Shown one piece after another: positions 20,483-30,418 of a stretch of DNA of 64,000 nucleotides. The notes under the pieces were generated by a model. The model was not told the DNA's origin, ran no database searches, and saw nothing but the letters and a program-made list of their open reading frames with translations. The stretch lies in assembly GCA_043805415.1 (NCBI GenBank), contig JAZDHZ010000014.1:10393-74392 (forward strand), given 5' to 3'. Both the position numbers and the translations under genes were made by a program. The DNA comes from Candidatus Omnitrophota bacterium. Its GTDB lineage: Bacteria > Omnitrophota > Gorgyraeia > B26-G9. The stretch's first letter is position 1; every line of letters begins with the position of its first letter.

Positions 20483-22291
20483 TTGCATATGTTTTTCAAT
20501 TTGAGCGAGCAACTTAGAGTTATTATAATTATGAATCTAACTAATAACATACCTCAGAAACATAAGGAACATCGCCCTTGGCAATTCGTTTGCATGATGA
20601 GCGCAGTGCTCTTAGCAGGGCTGGGGCAAATCGCCACTATTGCAGCCCCGGAATCAGGGGATTGCCTTTCTCCGGAATTGCACATCCAAGCTCCTGATTT
20701 ACGTCAAATAATGACTTCCCGGCGTTCACCGGAAAATCCTGTAATGTGGGTACAGGATGCATTGAGGAATATAATAAAGCTTTTGCAAAGCGGGACGCCA
20801 GAAAAACAGCAACAAGGGTTAGCTTTGTTATTTTTTGAGTTCCCTAAATCGCATATCCAAGAAAGCGTGTTCGCTCTTGGCAGAATCGATAATGTTTTTA
20901 ACGAAACAGAATTTAAAACAGCTGCACAGTACGGTGAAATTATCACGCTTCAATCAATATATACTGATGATGGCACATTATTGGCGCAAGGCAATCCCGA
21001 CTTGTTGCAAGCATTGGTTGAGCTTAAGATTATTGATCCAAAAATAGCGAATATCCCGGGCTTAATACTCAGCCCTATCCGCGATGCTTCGCCTTATGGT
21101 TATTCCGGAGACACACTGCACAATCGAAGTATTTTTTCCGATCCTTCAGCTGAAAGATCTCCAGCAACTGGAGCCATCGTCTGGAAGGGAACAGGAACTC
21201 CGGGGATGCACCAGACCAGCATACCATTTGGTATCGGAGTTCGCGGTGAATTAAATTGGGCATGGCTAGAAGGCGGCATGTTAGTTGAAGAAGTTTCTTT
21301 GAGTACTCGCCAAGCAAACCTATTACTAGCAGCCGTTGAACGCGCACAAGCCTTGGATCAAAATATCCCAAACAATTTATTTTATAAACCGATTATGAGC
21401 ATAGCTCCCCTATCTTTGCCTTTTAAAGCCGCTGGCAATTTTTCATACTTAAAAACATCTATGGCGAAAAATTTCCGGGAAATCCCAGCTGATACTTTTT
21501 TAGTCCCGATTGATTTTTTGCAAAATAATCTTTTAAAGGGTGAAAGCCCAGGATTAAAAAAGCTGCGCAGTGCGTTACCTGAGCTGCGTTTTTTCGCTTC
21601 CCGCGCAGTCGTTCCTTGGCGTGTACGCGAATTGTGGCATAAAGTCGAATATCTGCAACAAATAAGCCAGCAATCATCCAAGGAAGATTTATTCAATGAT
21701 ATTGTTCGGAGATACGCGATCATTGCCGCTATTATTCATGGCCCCATGGATAGCGTCGGAGCAAATGATGCAATTCTCACCGGATCATTGTTGTCTAGCA
21801 TGTTCAGTCACACAAATATGGGATACATGAGTTTTGATTATGATAATCTTAGAAGCAGGCAACGTTATCTAGAAAGAACATTAGAGCATGAGATGCCCAA
21901 TACCAGCACAGAACAAATACGTACTATGGTAACTCTATATGAACGCTATAGCGATAAAAGCCGCCTGATGGATCATATTAATGAAACCCCGTTTTCCGCT
22001 AATGAGCTACAGCGTTTCACTAATATCCTTGTTGCTGCAGAAAAAACATTTAAGCAGATTCGCGCGCAGGAACTGGAGATCCTGCAACACACAATTGAAG
22101 AAGTGGCTATAGATATTTTGGGATATGCGCCTGGTAATGAGAAATTAATTACGGAAGCAAAACAGTTTTTTAAAAATCTCTATGTCGACTATACACAATT
22201 GTTACTACAAGCTCCAACACTTCAAAGTGCGCCTGCTGTCAAAAAGAATATTCCCCTGGCTGATCTTTCGGATGTAGCCGCTTCCATTTAA
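20483..22291 (+). CDS. Hypothetical secreted protein (602 aa)
   Basis: Long ORF, signal-like segment MSAVLLAGLGQIATIAA; no recognised domain; real start may be an internal Met near 20594. Confidence 0.4.
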   Translation: MHMFFNLSEQLRVIIIMNLTNNIPQKHKEHRPWQFVCMMSAVLLAGLGQIATIAAPESGDCLSPELHIQAPDLRQIMTSRRSPENPVMWVQDALRNIIKLLQSGTPEKQQQGLALLFFEFPKSHIQESVFALGRIDNVFNETEFKTAAQYGEIITLQSIYTDDGTLLAQGNPDLLQALVELKIIDPKIANIPGLILSPIRDASPYGYSGDTLHNRSIFSDPSAERSPATGAIVWKGTGTPGMHQTSIPFGIGVRGELNWAWLEGGMLVEEVSLSTRQANLLLAAVERAQALDQNIPNNLFYKPIMSIAPLSLPFKAAGNFSYLKTSMAKNFREIPADTFLVPIDFLQNNLLKGESPGLKKLRSALPELRFFASRAVVPWRVRELWHKVEYLQQISQQSSKEDLFNDIVRRYAIIAAIIHGPMDSVGANDAILTGSLLSSMFSHTNMGYMSFDYDNLRSRQRYLERTLEHEMPNTSTEQIRTMVTLYERYSDKSRLMDHINETPFSANELQRFTNILVAAEKTFKQIRAQELEILQHTIEEVAIDILGYAPGNEKLITEAKQFFKNLYVDYTQLLLQAPTLQSAPAVKKNIPLADLSDVAASI

Positions 22292-22456
22292 TAACTGGCG
22301 GTGTTTATCAGATAAAATCCAAACACATTTTGGAGCAACCTCAGAAAAGCGCACTCAATAAATCAGGTTTTGGTCTCCTAACTACAACCTCTATGTCAGA
22401 AACTCTCTTACAGCGGGATCCGCGTTTACTTAAAAAGTACAGAAGTATACCCCATA

Positions 22457-22480
22457 CCGTTTATTTTTGCTAAATAACGG
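22457..22480. terminator. Candidate bidirectional hairpin terminator between convergent genes
   Basis: Inverted repeat CCGTTTATTT-ttgc-TAAATAACGG between the + gene ending 22291 and the - gene ending 22521. Confidence 0.3.
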
Positions 22481-22520
22481 GGAGCTTCCGGCAGGAATAT
22501 TATTGAAATGGAACAGCTTA

Positions 22521-24950
22521 TTAAATCGCCTGCTGATAAAGCAGAGAAATATTTCTTTGGTTTGCAAGATATCCTTTTTGACTTCGCTTAACATTCCTTA
22601 TTCTAATCATATTGACGGCCCGGGGATTTTCTTTTATTAAGTCTACTATCCTTTTGCCGTTAGCATTGATTCCGTTTTCATTATCAACTGCCTCCAAAGA
22701 CATCCAAAGCCAATCAAGCGCATTCTGCACAGTATCAACATCTTCTCTTACATAAACTCTGGCATTGGAACGTACTAATTTATAGAACTCTTTATTTTTG
22801 AATAAAAGCTCCAATCTGTTTGCTACTTTTCTTTCCTGGGAATCTCCTTTTATATCTCCATATTCCGGCTCATAATTATTCCCATTGGGGCCAACGATAA
22901 AAACTGAACCGATTATTTTATCCGCACCTTTCATAATAGATGTTGCCTGATCAGACGGTCCTGGCAAATCCGTAATAATCATGGGAAGCTCCAGAGCCCC
23001 AAGCTCTGAAAGTTTTATCTCATAACCTTCCGCGGTAGACAGCTGAGTTCCCACCCAGGCATTAACGGCAATAACTCCTAATATTTGGTCATTGTGTCCT
23101 ATTCTGGCCATCTTGATATCTTTGAATAAATCTTTATACTCTAAATATGCCTCCAAAAGATATTCATTGTACAAAGGCATTCCCTCGGGATCGTCGATTG
23201 CCCCATGTCCGGCAATAATCAATTGCGGTATCTCCTGTTCAGGATAATTCTGGTTTAATTTATCCCGGAAAATTTTATACGCTTTTAAAACATCAAGGAT
23301 ACCCTTGGCAGGATCAAAACGGCAAATCTGTAATATATACGGCCTGCTAGTATCCAGCGGTTTCTGCTGAAATCCCGTTAAAAAATCTTTTAGGCGCGGA
23401 TCTTCGCGGCTTTTAATTTTTACTCTTTTATCCGTTTCCAATAAATTTAATAAGTCCTTTTGCTGCGGGGACAAGTCCTCTTCAGCAATGCCGGGATCGG
23501 CTATTTCCGATACTATTCGATTGCTTACCGCCAGCACTTTATTAAACATGTCCATATAATACTGCTTGTCACTCGCGCTAAAATATTTATATTTGTTAAG
23601 ACCGTCAAAACCCCCATTTCCGTTTTTGGAAAGATCCGAAGCCGCTCCTTTTTTGACTATTATTTTTTGAAACCGCCGGATATCCGCCGGGATAAAATCA
23701 TCCACAGGGTGAGAGACAAAAGCTTCAATATTAAATTCTTTTTTTTCCGCGTCCCAAAGATTTCCTAAAATATACTCCCAATTGCTCCTTGTTGACCTGG
23801 GATCATCCGCCGGTAAATCAGTCAATTCGCTTCTTATCTGAATATGCGACCGATAAAGGATTTTTATCTGAGGATATTTTTTTCTAATCAGCGGAATCAG
23901 CCCTGACGGCTGGTAATCATCGATTATAACTACATCCGCTTTTTTTAATCTCGGCTCCATTAAATTAAAATTGTATTCCGTCCATTCGCGAAGCCTTTTT
24001 TTGTCATGCCCGGTAAGCTTAGAATTAAATCCGGGTACATTAGTATTTTGCAGCGCGTTGTGCATTTTCTTCTTGGTTATCTGCGGAATATCGCCGAATT
24101 CTTTCATGTTAAGGTCCATAACCAGCCACTCAGCATCTACCCGTAAAAGCTGATAAAGCCTGATAAGCGCATGGCGCATAAGCGCGACTCCTCCTCCTTG
24201 GGCTGTGGAATTAACAAAGACCATCTTTAATTTTTTTCCTTTTGCCTGCTGGACAAAACGGAACAATGTCAGCCATTTCTTAGGCGCGGTAATTTGCTGA
24301 TATTCATCAAGGGTTACCAGCGGATTCACTAAAACTCTTCTGTTCCCATCAACCGTAACCTTGTGCATTACAAGTCCGACATCATCTACTTCAAATCTGT
24401 TTGCGGCAAGAGTCGCGGCTTGTTGTGATATTTGTTCCGGGGTTTTGCCTTGAATCTGTTCAAAAATTTTCACCGGAACAATATCATGCTGAAGCCAAAA
24501 ACTACTGCCCAGCCTTGCTTTTTCATCAGCTGATAAGCCGTCCCCCTCAATAACCACTCCGTGCACTTTTAATGATTTTCCCTGTTCTTTCAGATAGCCC
24601 GCGCATTCCAGTATAGCTTCAGGAATTCCTGTCTCTTCTCTTAAAAAAGTTTTTGTTTGGTTGGTTGTTCCGTTAGACTTTATGGTTAAGCAGAATTCAT
24701 CTTTGGTTATACATATACCGGCAAATGCCGGCACTAATTCAGGAGATGCCGATAAACTAATACCATGTTTAAAGCTAAAAAAAGTATCTTGTTTGTTTAG
24801 AATTAATTGCGGTGATAATGTATTTTTTAGACTGCCATTGCCGGCATAAGACAAGCTAAGACACAAAAAAATCTGGACAAAAATAAGGGGAATTAATCGT
24901 ACTATTCTTCTGTTGTTTAATTTATTCAAACGGACCTCTTTTTTTATCAA
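22521..24950 (-). CDS. Glycosyltransferase family 4, TreT-like (trehalose synthase-type) with additional N-terminal domain
   Basis: VNSTAQGGGVALM motif as in TreT / GT4 enzymes; the C-terminal GT-B second half (AGHGAIDDPEG...EGYEIKLSE) is a weaker, by-eye match; about 230-aa N-terminal extension with signal-like start. Confidence 0.6.
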   Translation of the reverse strand: MIKKEVRLNKLNNRRIVRLIPLIFVQIFLCLSLSYAGNGSLKNTLSPQLILNKQDTFFSFKHGISLSASPELVPAFAGICITKDEFCLTIKSNGTTNQTKTFLREETGIPEAILECAGYLKEQGKSLKVHGVVIEGDGLSADEKARLGSSFWLQHDIVPVKIFEQIQGKTPEQISQQAATLAANRFEVDDVGLVMHKVTVDGNRRVLVNPLVTLDEYQQITAPKKWLTLFRFVQQAKGKKLKMVFVNSTAQGGGVALMRHALIRLYQLLRVDAEWLVMDLNMKEFGDIPQITKKKMHNALQNTNVPGFNSKLTGHDKKRLREWTEYNFNLMEPRLKKADVVIIDDYQPSGLIPLIRKKYPQIKILYRSHIQIRSELTDLPADDPRSTRSNWEYILGNLWDAEKKEFNIEAFVSHPVDDFIPADIRRFQKIIVKKGAASDLSKNGNGGFDGLNKYKYFSASDKQYYMDMFNKVLAVSNRIVSEIADPGIAEEDLSPQQKDLLNLLETDKRVKIKSREDPRLKDFLTGFQQKPLDTSRPYILQICRFDPAKGILDVLKAYKIFRDKLNQNYPEQEIPQLIIAGHGAIDDPEGMPLYNEYLLEAYLEYKDLFKDIKMARIGHNDQILGVIAVNAWVGTQLSTAEGYEIKLSELGALELPMIITDLPGPSDQATSIMKGADKIIGSVFIVGPNGNNYEPEYGDIKGDSQERKVANRLELLFKNKEFYKLVRSNARVYVREDVDTVQNALDWLWMSLEAVDNENGINANGKRIVDLIKENPRAVNMIRIRNVKRSQKGYLANQRNISLLYQQAI

Positions 24951-25109
24951 TATTATTTATAAGATATATAAAGTAGTGCAAAATTATACCATCTAATTTC
25001 TTATCCTGCAAGGAGAAATGGTTTATTTTTCATATTAAGCTTAAACATTGAACCGGCTAAACAAGGAAAACTCAAAACCGCGGTATCCGAATCACAAACA
25101 GATAAACTT

Positions 25110-25289
25110 TTAGCGCGCTTCTTTTAAGGTTGGAAACTGCTCTATGTGGATTACTTTATAAGGCCTGTATGGACGTGATGCTTTTACTCTGCCACTATTA
25201 TGCTGCTGAAGCCGCTTCTCAACATCTTCTGCGACTCCAGTATAAGTTCGAGTTTCTGCTTCGTTTAAAAGAATATATAAATAATTCAT
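25110..25289 (-). CDS. GIY-YIG nuclease-domain protein, short (YhbQ-like), possibly C-terminally truncated
   Basis: From internal Met: MNYLYILLNEAETRTYTGVAEDVEKRLQQHNSG matches the GIY-YIG core (YxY...YxG...R..QH). The protein ends about 20-25 aa earlier than typical family members. Confidence 0.5.
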   Translation of the reverse strand: MNYLYILLNEAETRTYTGVAEDVEKRLQQHNSGRVKASRPYRPYKVIHIEQFPTLKEAR

Positions 25290-25375
25290 GTTATTAAAGC
25301 TGGCGGATCCGCCTCGCCGCTTTACGGAGGGCGAGATCTCGACATTTTTCGTTATGCGAAAAATGGCGGACCCGC

Positions 25376-25585
25376 TTGCAACCAATTCGCACCATTTCCG
25401 AGATCCCGGTCAAAATCATTATTGAACCAACTGAAACCATCCCTCTATATCAAAAATTAGCCCCAAAAATCACAGAATTACACCTATTAGGCATGTCCTT
25501 AAGAGCAATCTCCCAAAGCCTAGAAGTAAATCGAAGAACTGTCCTCAGAGCAATTCAATATTCAAGGAAAGGAGGCAAATTGTGA
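25376..25585 (+). pseudogene. Probable remnant of an IS-transposase/resolvase-type HTH domain
   Basis: 69-aa ORF containing LGMSLRAISQSLEVNRRTVLRAIQ, a typical N-terminal HTH of IS transposases; no catalytic domain follows. Confidence 0.25.
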
Positions 25586-25959
25586 ATGCCTTCAGGCTTT
25601 TCAAGCGCAATACTCAATACGCGATACTATTTTGTCTTTGTGACTTTTCCGTAAGAAAGAATTGGAGGTAAACATGTGGTTCAGTCTGCGCAGTATATTT
25701 TATCCAAAAAACCATTATATCTGGGTACAAGTTAGGATTATCCATGAAACAAACAAGGCGATTTTAGTAGAGAATTGCAGAAAGTTTTGGATTGCTAAAT
25801 CGCAGATAGTTAAGATACGGTTAAGGAGGGGGGTTTTTGAGATTTATGTTAAGGAAGATACACTTAGATAATTAAGTATTGTGTCCCTAGATTTCTCCAC
25901 CGGCAATCAAATGTTAAATCAAGCCTTCTTCCCTATATTTCGGCATCATATACAAAATT

Positions 25960-26667
25960 TCATCTACTTTTTTTAATTTTTGGCAAATCCCAAGCCGTTA
26001 TTATGCCAAGAAGTCCTTCATCTTTCTTACCGTTCTCAGTAATAAAAACAGCGCCTAATCTTCGTCCTTTTTCGATATAATCAAAGAACATTTCTTCGAT
26101 ATCATAGACATTTAAGTTTTTGCTAACAAAGCGGTATTCATTGTCTGCATCCTGTTGAATAAGCTCCTCTAACTCTCCAACTGTATTCTGCACTATGATA
26201 AATTCTTCTTCATCTTCTGGCACAAATGAAGCCACCCAGCAGGTAACCACCCTTTCTGAAAAAAGCCCTAAAAATTTGCCTTTTTTATAAACAGGCACGT
26301 GCGTATACAACTTCTCTTTCATTACTTTAATAACCGCACTTATTTTGACTGTAACCTCACAGGTATATACATTTTTTATGGCAATTGTTAAGACGGAAGG
26401 GGGTGAAACTAATCTAAGATATATGTCTTCAATCTTTTTGATTGCTTCCTCGGTTGGCACAATAAGAGGGACCCCATGGGATAATTTATTTCTTATATCC
26501 CCTAATTCTTTTAGCTCTTCTGCTTTTGCCCTAACCACCCTATTTTTTTTGCCTGCCGCTTCAACTACTTCATAAAACTTCATTCCCTTCATATTTGTCA
26601 ATCCCTGCAAATAATCCTCTACTTTCCCAAATATCTCTTTATATTTTTCGTTTAAATTTGAACTCAC
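25960..26667 (-). CDS. HEPN-like (R-x4-H, DUF4145-type) N-terminal domain fused to a CBS-domain pair
   Basis: Motif GDIRNKLSHG at residues about 57-66 (R-N-x3-H). Residues about 110-230 show two CBS-like units (HVPVYKKGKFLGLFS and LGIITAWDL). Confidence 0.5.
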   Translation of the reverse strand: MSSNLNEKYKEIFGKVEDYLQGLTNMKGMKFYEVVEAAGKKNRVVRAKAEELKELGDIRNKLSHGVPLIVPTEEAIKKIEDIYLRLVSPPSVLTIAIKNVYTCEVTVKISAVIKVMKEKLYTHVPVYKKGKFLGLFSERVVTCWVASFVPEDEEEFIIVQNTVGELEELIQQDADNEYRFVSKNLNVYDIEEMFFDYIEKGRRLGAVFITENGKKDEGLLGIITAWDLPKIKKSR

Positions 26668-26800
26668 CCTTTCCCCCCTTACCGTTTAATATAAATGCGA
26701 AAAACTCCTCGTTAATTTTTCCGCTCTTTGACTCTACATATCAATTAAACCTGCCCCTTTTTAATACTACAGGTCAAATTTTAAGCGCCAAGCTAGCCCA

Positions 26801-26950
26801 CTAACCATTTCCAATTGGATTCCAATTCTCCAATATCCCTACCACATAACTGTATTTTCTTTTCGGATTACCTATGTTCTTTTTAGCTATAACTGCAAAT
26901 GCCTCTTTGATTTTCCTTGAGCCATATTGTTTTGTTTTTTTTGCATGATT
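26801..26950 (-). pseudogene. DnaD-like (DDBH2 YxxxIxxxW) C-terminal gene fragment, copy A
   Basis: Minus-strand reading ...KQYGSRKIKEAFAVIAKKNIGNPKRKYSYVVGILENWNPIGNG-stop. No space for a full gene upstream. About 85-90 percent identical over about 115 bp to the copy at 32895-33020. Confidence 0.45.
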
Positions 26951-27113
26951 CAAACCTAATAATCTTTTTGCATGTTTGCATCAACGTCCCGTAATTCTCT
27001 AATTATTTCCTTTTAATTAAACTTTTTTAGCGATTTGCTTTCAAATTGCATCTGTATTATTAACAATACATTATGTCATTTGAAATTAAATTGGCCCTTA
27101 GTTTTCAGACAGG

Positions 27114-28523
27114 TCACGCCCAAATAGGAACATATTTAGCATATCTCCTGGAAACGTTATCAGGATCTTCAAATTTAATCATATTACGCGATAGAGCATC
27201 CTGAATTACGCGAGAAATAGCATCTGAATTTTTCTCTGACAAATTAAACCTTTCTCTCAAGCTTTTATTTGTCATTTTTTGATTCATAACATACTTCAAA
27301 CAACAATGCTGATAACACGCTCTCACCTTATCTTCTTTTGACATATCATTGAATTTTCTATGCGAAAAAAGAATTATTGATGTTCGGAGTTGTCCTACGC
27401 GAAAATCTGGTGCCGGTAACTGTAATAATTCTGCAGAATTAACAACTCTATCAATACCACTACCAAGCTCCTCGCAAATTCCTAATCGCCTCATTACATC
27501 AGCCAATTTTTCATTTCGAGACTTATATTCGTCTATGAAACGATCTGGGGTTATAACAGGTCTCCCGGGATTAGAGATCTCTATTCTGTCGGAATAAAGT
27601 TCAATCATCACTGAAGCTCCTTTTTCTTTAAAGTCTTGATGAATCAATGCATTTGCAAGTAACTCCCTAATAGCAATTTTAGGAAACATTTTTATTGTCT
27701 TACGGATTGCCTTTTCTATTACTTCATTTGTAGGTATTTGAGCATCAATAAAATCTACTAAATTCTGAAAGCCTACAGCGTAACCTTTAGCTCCTTGTTG
27801 AAATAGTTTTGTTTTATTTTTACCAGTATCCTCATAAACAACTAACCGTACCGCTTTACGCTCTAAACCAGAAAATTCTTTTAAATTTTTAGCAAATAAT
27901 ATCGCCCCCAAATTAGTAATGTCGTATACATCGCCATGTTTAACAATAAAACCTTCTCGAGAAAATTTATCCAGCACTCCCTCTCTATTTTCAGGATAAG
28001 GACGTCCCGATAAATCAAAGTAACTTTGTGTATCAAGCAATCGAATAATTTCTGGCGAATCAACATTTTCTTTTGCAATAAGACATAAAAACTCAGGACT
28101 TCCTTCTGCAAAAATTTTCTTTAGTTGTTCTGGTGACATCGGAGCTAAAGTATCACCTGCCCGCATAAGATATTTACCTTCATATTGAATAGGTTGCCCT
28201 TGAGGTCGTGAAGGCACGAAAAACACTAACACTCGACCATTTTCATGTGTTAATTCTTTATAGTCAACCTTAAAATGCAATCTTTCATATATTCCTGCTA
28301 CTGTTTTGGATGGTGTCTGAAAAGCCGCTGTCCCAACAACAATTCTAGGAAGGCTATCTGTGACTCCTAATACTATATGTCCGCCGCATTCGTTTGCCAA
28401 GGCAACACAATATTCAATAAGTTTGTCGAATTGAAAGCTACTTTTTGCTTCTTTAAATTCTAAATGTTCAGTTTCAGAAGGGGCTATCAGCCATCCGCTC
28501 AAGTCTTTCAAAGTAATATCCAT
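27114..28523 (-). CDS. AlbA_2 (Schlafen-like divergent AAA) + HATPase_c_4 domain protein
   Basis: N-terminal pattern EFKEAKSSFQFDKLIEYCVALANECGGHIVLGV typical of AlbA_2 'putative DNA-binding' domain; C-terminal region with HATPase-like motifs (NALIHQD, ISNPG). Confidence 0.65.
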   Translation of the reverse strand: MDITLKDLSGWLIAPSETEHLEFKEAKSSFQFDKLIEYCVALANECGGHIVLGVTDSLPRIVVGTAAFQTPSKTVAGIYERLHFKVDYKELTHENGRVLVFFVPSRPQGQPIQYEGKYLMRAGDTLAPMSPEQLKKIFAEGSPEFLCLIAKENVDSPEIIRLLDTQSYFDLSGRPYPENREGVLDKFSREGFIVKHGDVYDITNLGAILFAKNLKEFSGLERKAVRLVVYEDTGKNKTKLFQQGAKGYAVGFQNLVDFIDAQIPTNEVIEKAIRKTIKMFPKIAIRELLANALIHQDFKEKGASVMIELYSDRIEISNPGRPVITPDRFIDEYKSRNEKLADVMRRLGICEELGSGIDRVVNSAELLQLPAPDFRVGQLRTSIILFSHRKFNDMSKEDKVRACYQHCCLKYVMNQKMTNKSLRERFNLSEKNSDAISRVIQDALSRNMIKFEDPDNVSRRYAKYVPIWA

Positions 28524-28872
28524 TGTAATTCCTTCCTCTTTATCTATTATATTGTATCTTGTTTTTTACGCAATCTATACGTACGTTGCTTTAAACGAAA
28601 ATACTCCCGTCCCTTTTCTGTCTTTTGCCAGTTAAGCATGCGTTCTTTTTTCCGTTGATTAATTTCTTCTTCACTAAGTTCTTTCTTAAACTGTCCAGTC
28701 TACATATATCTTTTCATCTTACTATCCTCTTATGCTATATATTGTTATAATACTGCAAAAATTGTTACTACTCAATGGGTTTAAAATCTGGGGGATATAT
28801 ATACCAGGTGAATAATATTATTGGCGGGACAAAACCTAAAGGTGCTTTTTAAGGATTAAGCGGAATAGGTTT

Positions 28873-29679
28873 TTATATAAATCCGGGGAATTTTCGCTTA
28901 AATTCTTTTTTCATTAAATGAAAGGCTATATCTAATATTTCTTTTCTCTCTTTTCTTGCTTCAGCAACTATCTTAGATCTTAACTTCCCATGGCGAACTT
29001 CAGTCGCAACTTCTGTCAATGGCTTCATAAACGCTGTATTTGTTTTTAAAGCTACATGCATCTCACTCCAATGCTTTTCCTTAGTTATTCCTTTCTCTGA
29101 ATTTATAGCTTCTCTAATATCCTCAAGAATCCTGTAGGCAAAGAAGAACGCATTATCTCCTGGATCATTGATGCAATTGTAGTAATCTTTAAGCATTATT
29201 TTATGAAAAAAGCTCGAATTTATCACCGGGAAAAACTTTGCTACTTTCCGCCAAGTTACATTTGGTAAAGCATCTTTATTGGGCGTATACATTTTTCCGG
29301 CATAATCTAGCGTCCAAATTAAATTATGCTCAGCTTTTGTATTCATTGCCTCTATGCAACGGTTTACCGTAAACGAAAGTTTATTGTAATTATTCTCATA
29401 AACAATATTCTCTCTGAAAATAAAAGATGTGATGAGTGTATGAAAAGCTTCATAAACAAAAGGAGCAACTTTTACATATCCATCCTCTAAAGAAGGATTC
29501 CAAATAGAGATCCCATTGAAAAAGATGTCTAGTCTGTATCCGCCTCCTAAATCGAGTTCACCTGGATTAAATTTGTAGCAATAATCTGGAGGATTTAATG
29601 TCGCAGTAAAATAATATGTTTTATTTCCGGATATTTCCATGTTTTTATTGTACAACTCCTTACTTAATAACAATACCAT
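28873..29679 (-). CDS. Hypothetical protein (268 aa)
   Basis: Long ORF, no recognised motif; downstream of a small membrane protein gene on same strand. Confidence 0.4.
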   Translation of the reverse strand: MVLLLSKELYNKNMEISGNKTYYFTATLNPPDYCYKFNPGELDLGGGYRLDIFFNGISIWNPSLEDGYVKVAPFVYEAFHTLITSFIFRENIVYENNYNKLSFTVNRCIEAMNTKAEHNLIWTLDYAGKMYTPNKDALPNVTWRKVAKFFPVINSSFFHKIMLKDYYNCINDPGDNAFFFAYRILEDIREAINSEKGITKEKHWSEMHVALKTNTAFMKPLTEVATEVRHGKLRSKIVAEARKERKEILDIAFHLMKKEFKRKFPGFI

Positions 29680-29775
29680 AAAAACCGTTACTAAACAACG
29701 GATTCAAAAATCGGACTGGTTATAGAGGTAAGGTGGTTACCTTGCCGGGCAAGCGGTTATTTCTGTCCCCACACC

Positions 29776-30168
29776 CTATCCACATAAATTCATCATGAAG
29801 ATTGCAAATGCTATAATGTACGCAAGTAAGGTGACTGAATCAGCAACAACATCAATCCAAAACTTCTGTATTATTTCATTTGACCAAATATAACAACTTG
29901 TTGGCTGTAATTGTTCATCTGCTCTTCCAGCATAGACATTCCAGTGAACAATTTTATTTAAAAATGTCAATAGCACCTGAGTACTTATCGCAATCGCAAT
30001 TGCTCCAACAAATAATTGCTTATCTACTAAGCTGTTGAAAAACTCTTTCCCCCCTACAACTAACGCAAGGGCACCTATACCATAAGCAACAAACCAGTTT
30101 CTCAGTACTGAAGCATGTTTCCAATATTGATCAAAATACTCTTGAGCCGAACTATTATGATTCCCCAT
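29776..30168 (-). CDS. Hypothetical small membrane protein (130 aa, 3 TM)
   Basis: Hydrophobic segments VAYGIGALALVVGG, VGAIAIAISTQVLLTFL, LLAYIIAFAIFMM. Confidence 0.4.
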   Translation of the reverse strand: MGNHNSSAQEYFDQYWKHASVLRNWFVAYGIGALALVVGGKEFFNSLVDKQLFVGAIAIAISTQVLLTFLNKIVHWNVYAGRADEQLQPTSCYIWSNEIIQKFWIDVVADSVTLLAYIIAFAIFMMNLCG

Positions 30169-30418
30169 GATCTTGCTCCTTCTTAGATTGTGTGCGATTA
30201 AAGAACTAAAAAGCTAACGGCAGAGCTCGGCTTCGTCGTGCCCGCATCCTCGCTTTATATAGCTCGCGTGCTAACGCACTCAGAAAGCCAGAACAGCCGC
30301 AATGCCCAAAGACATTCGCCTTTGGCGAAAGACTTTCGTCCGCTTTCGCGGATTCGTATTGCTTGATAAACAGTAAAAGGTTATTAGAAACCAAACGGAA
30401 TAACCTCAAATTAATGGA

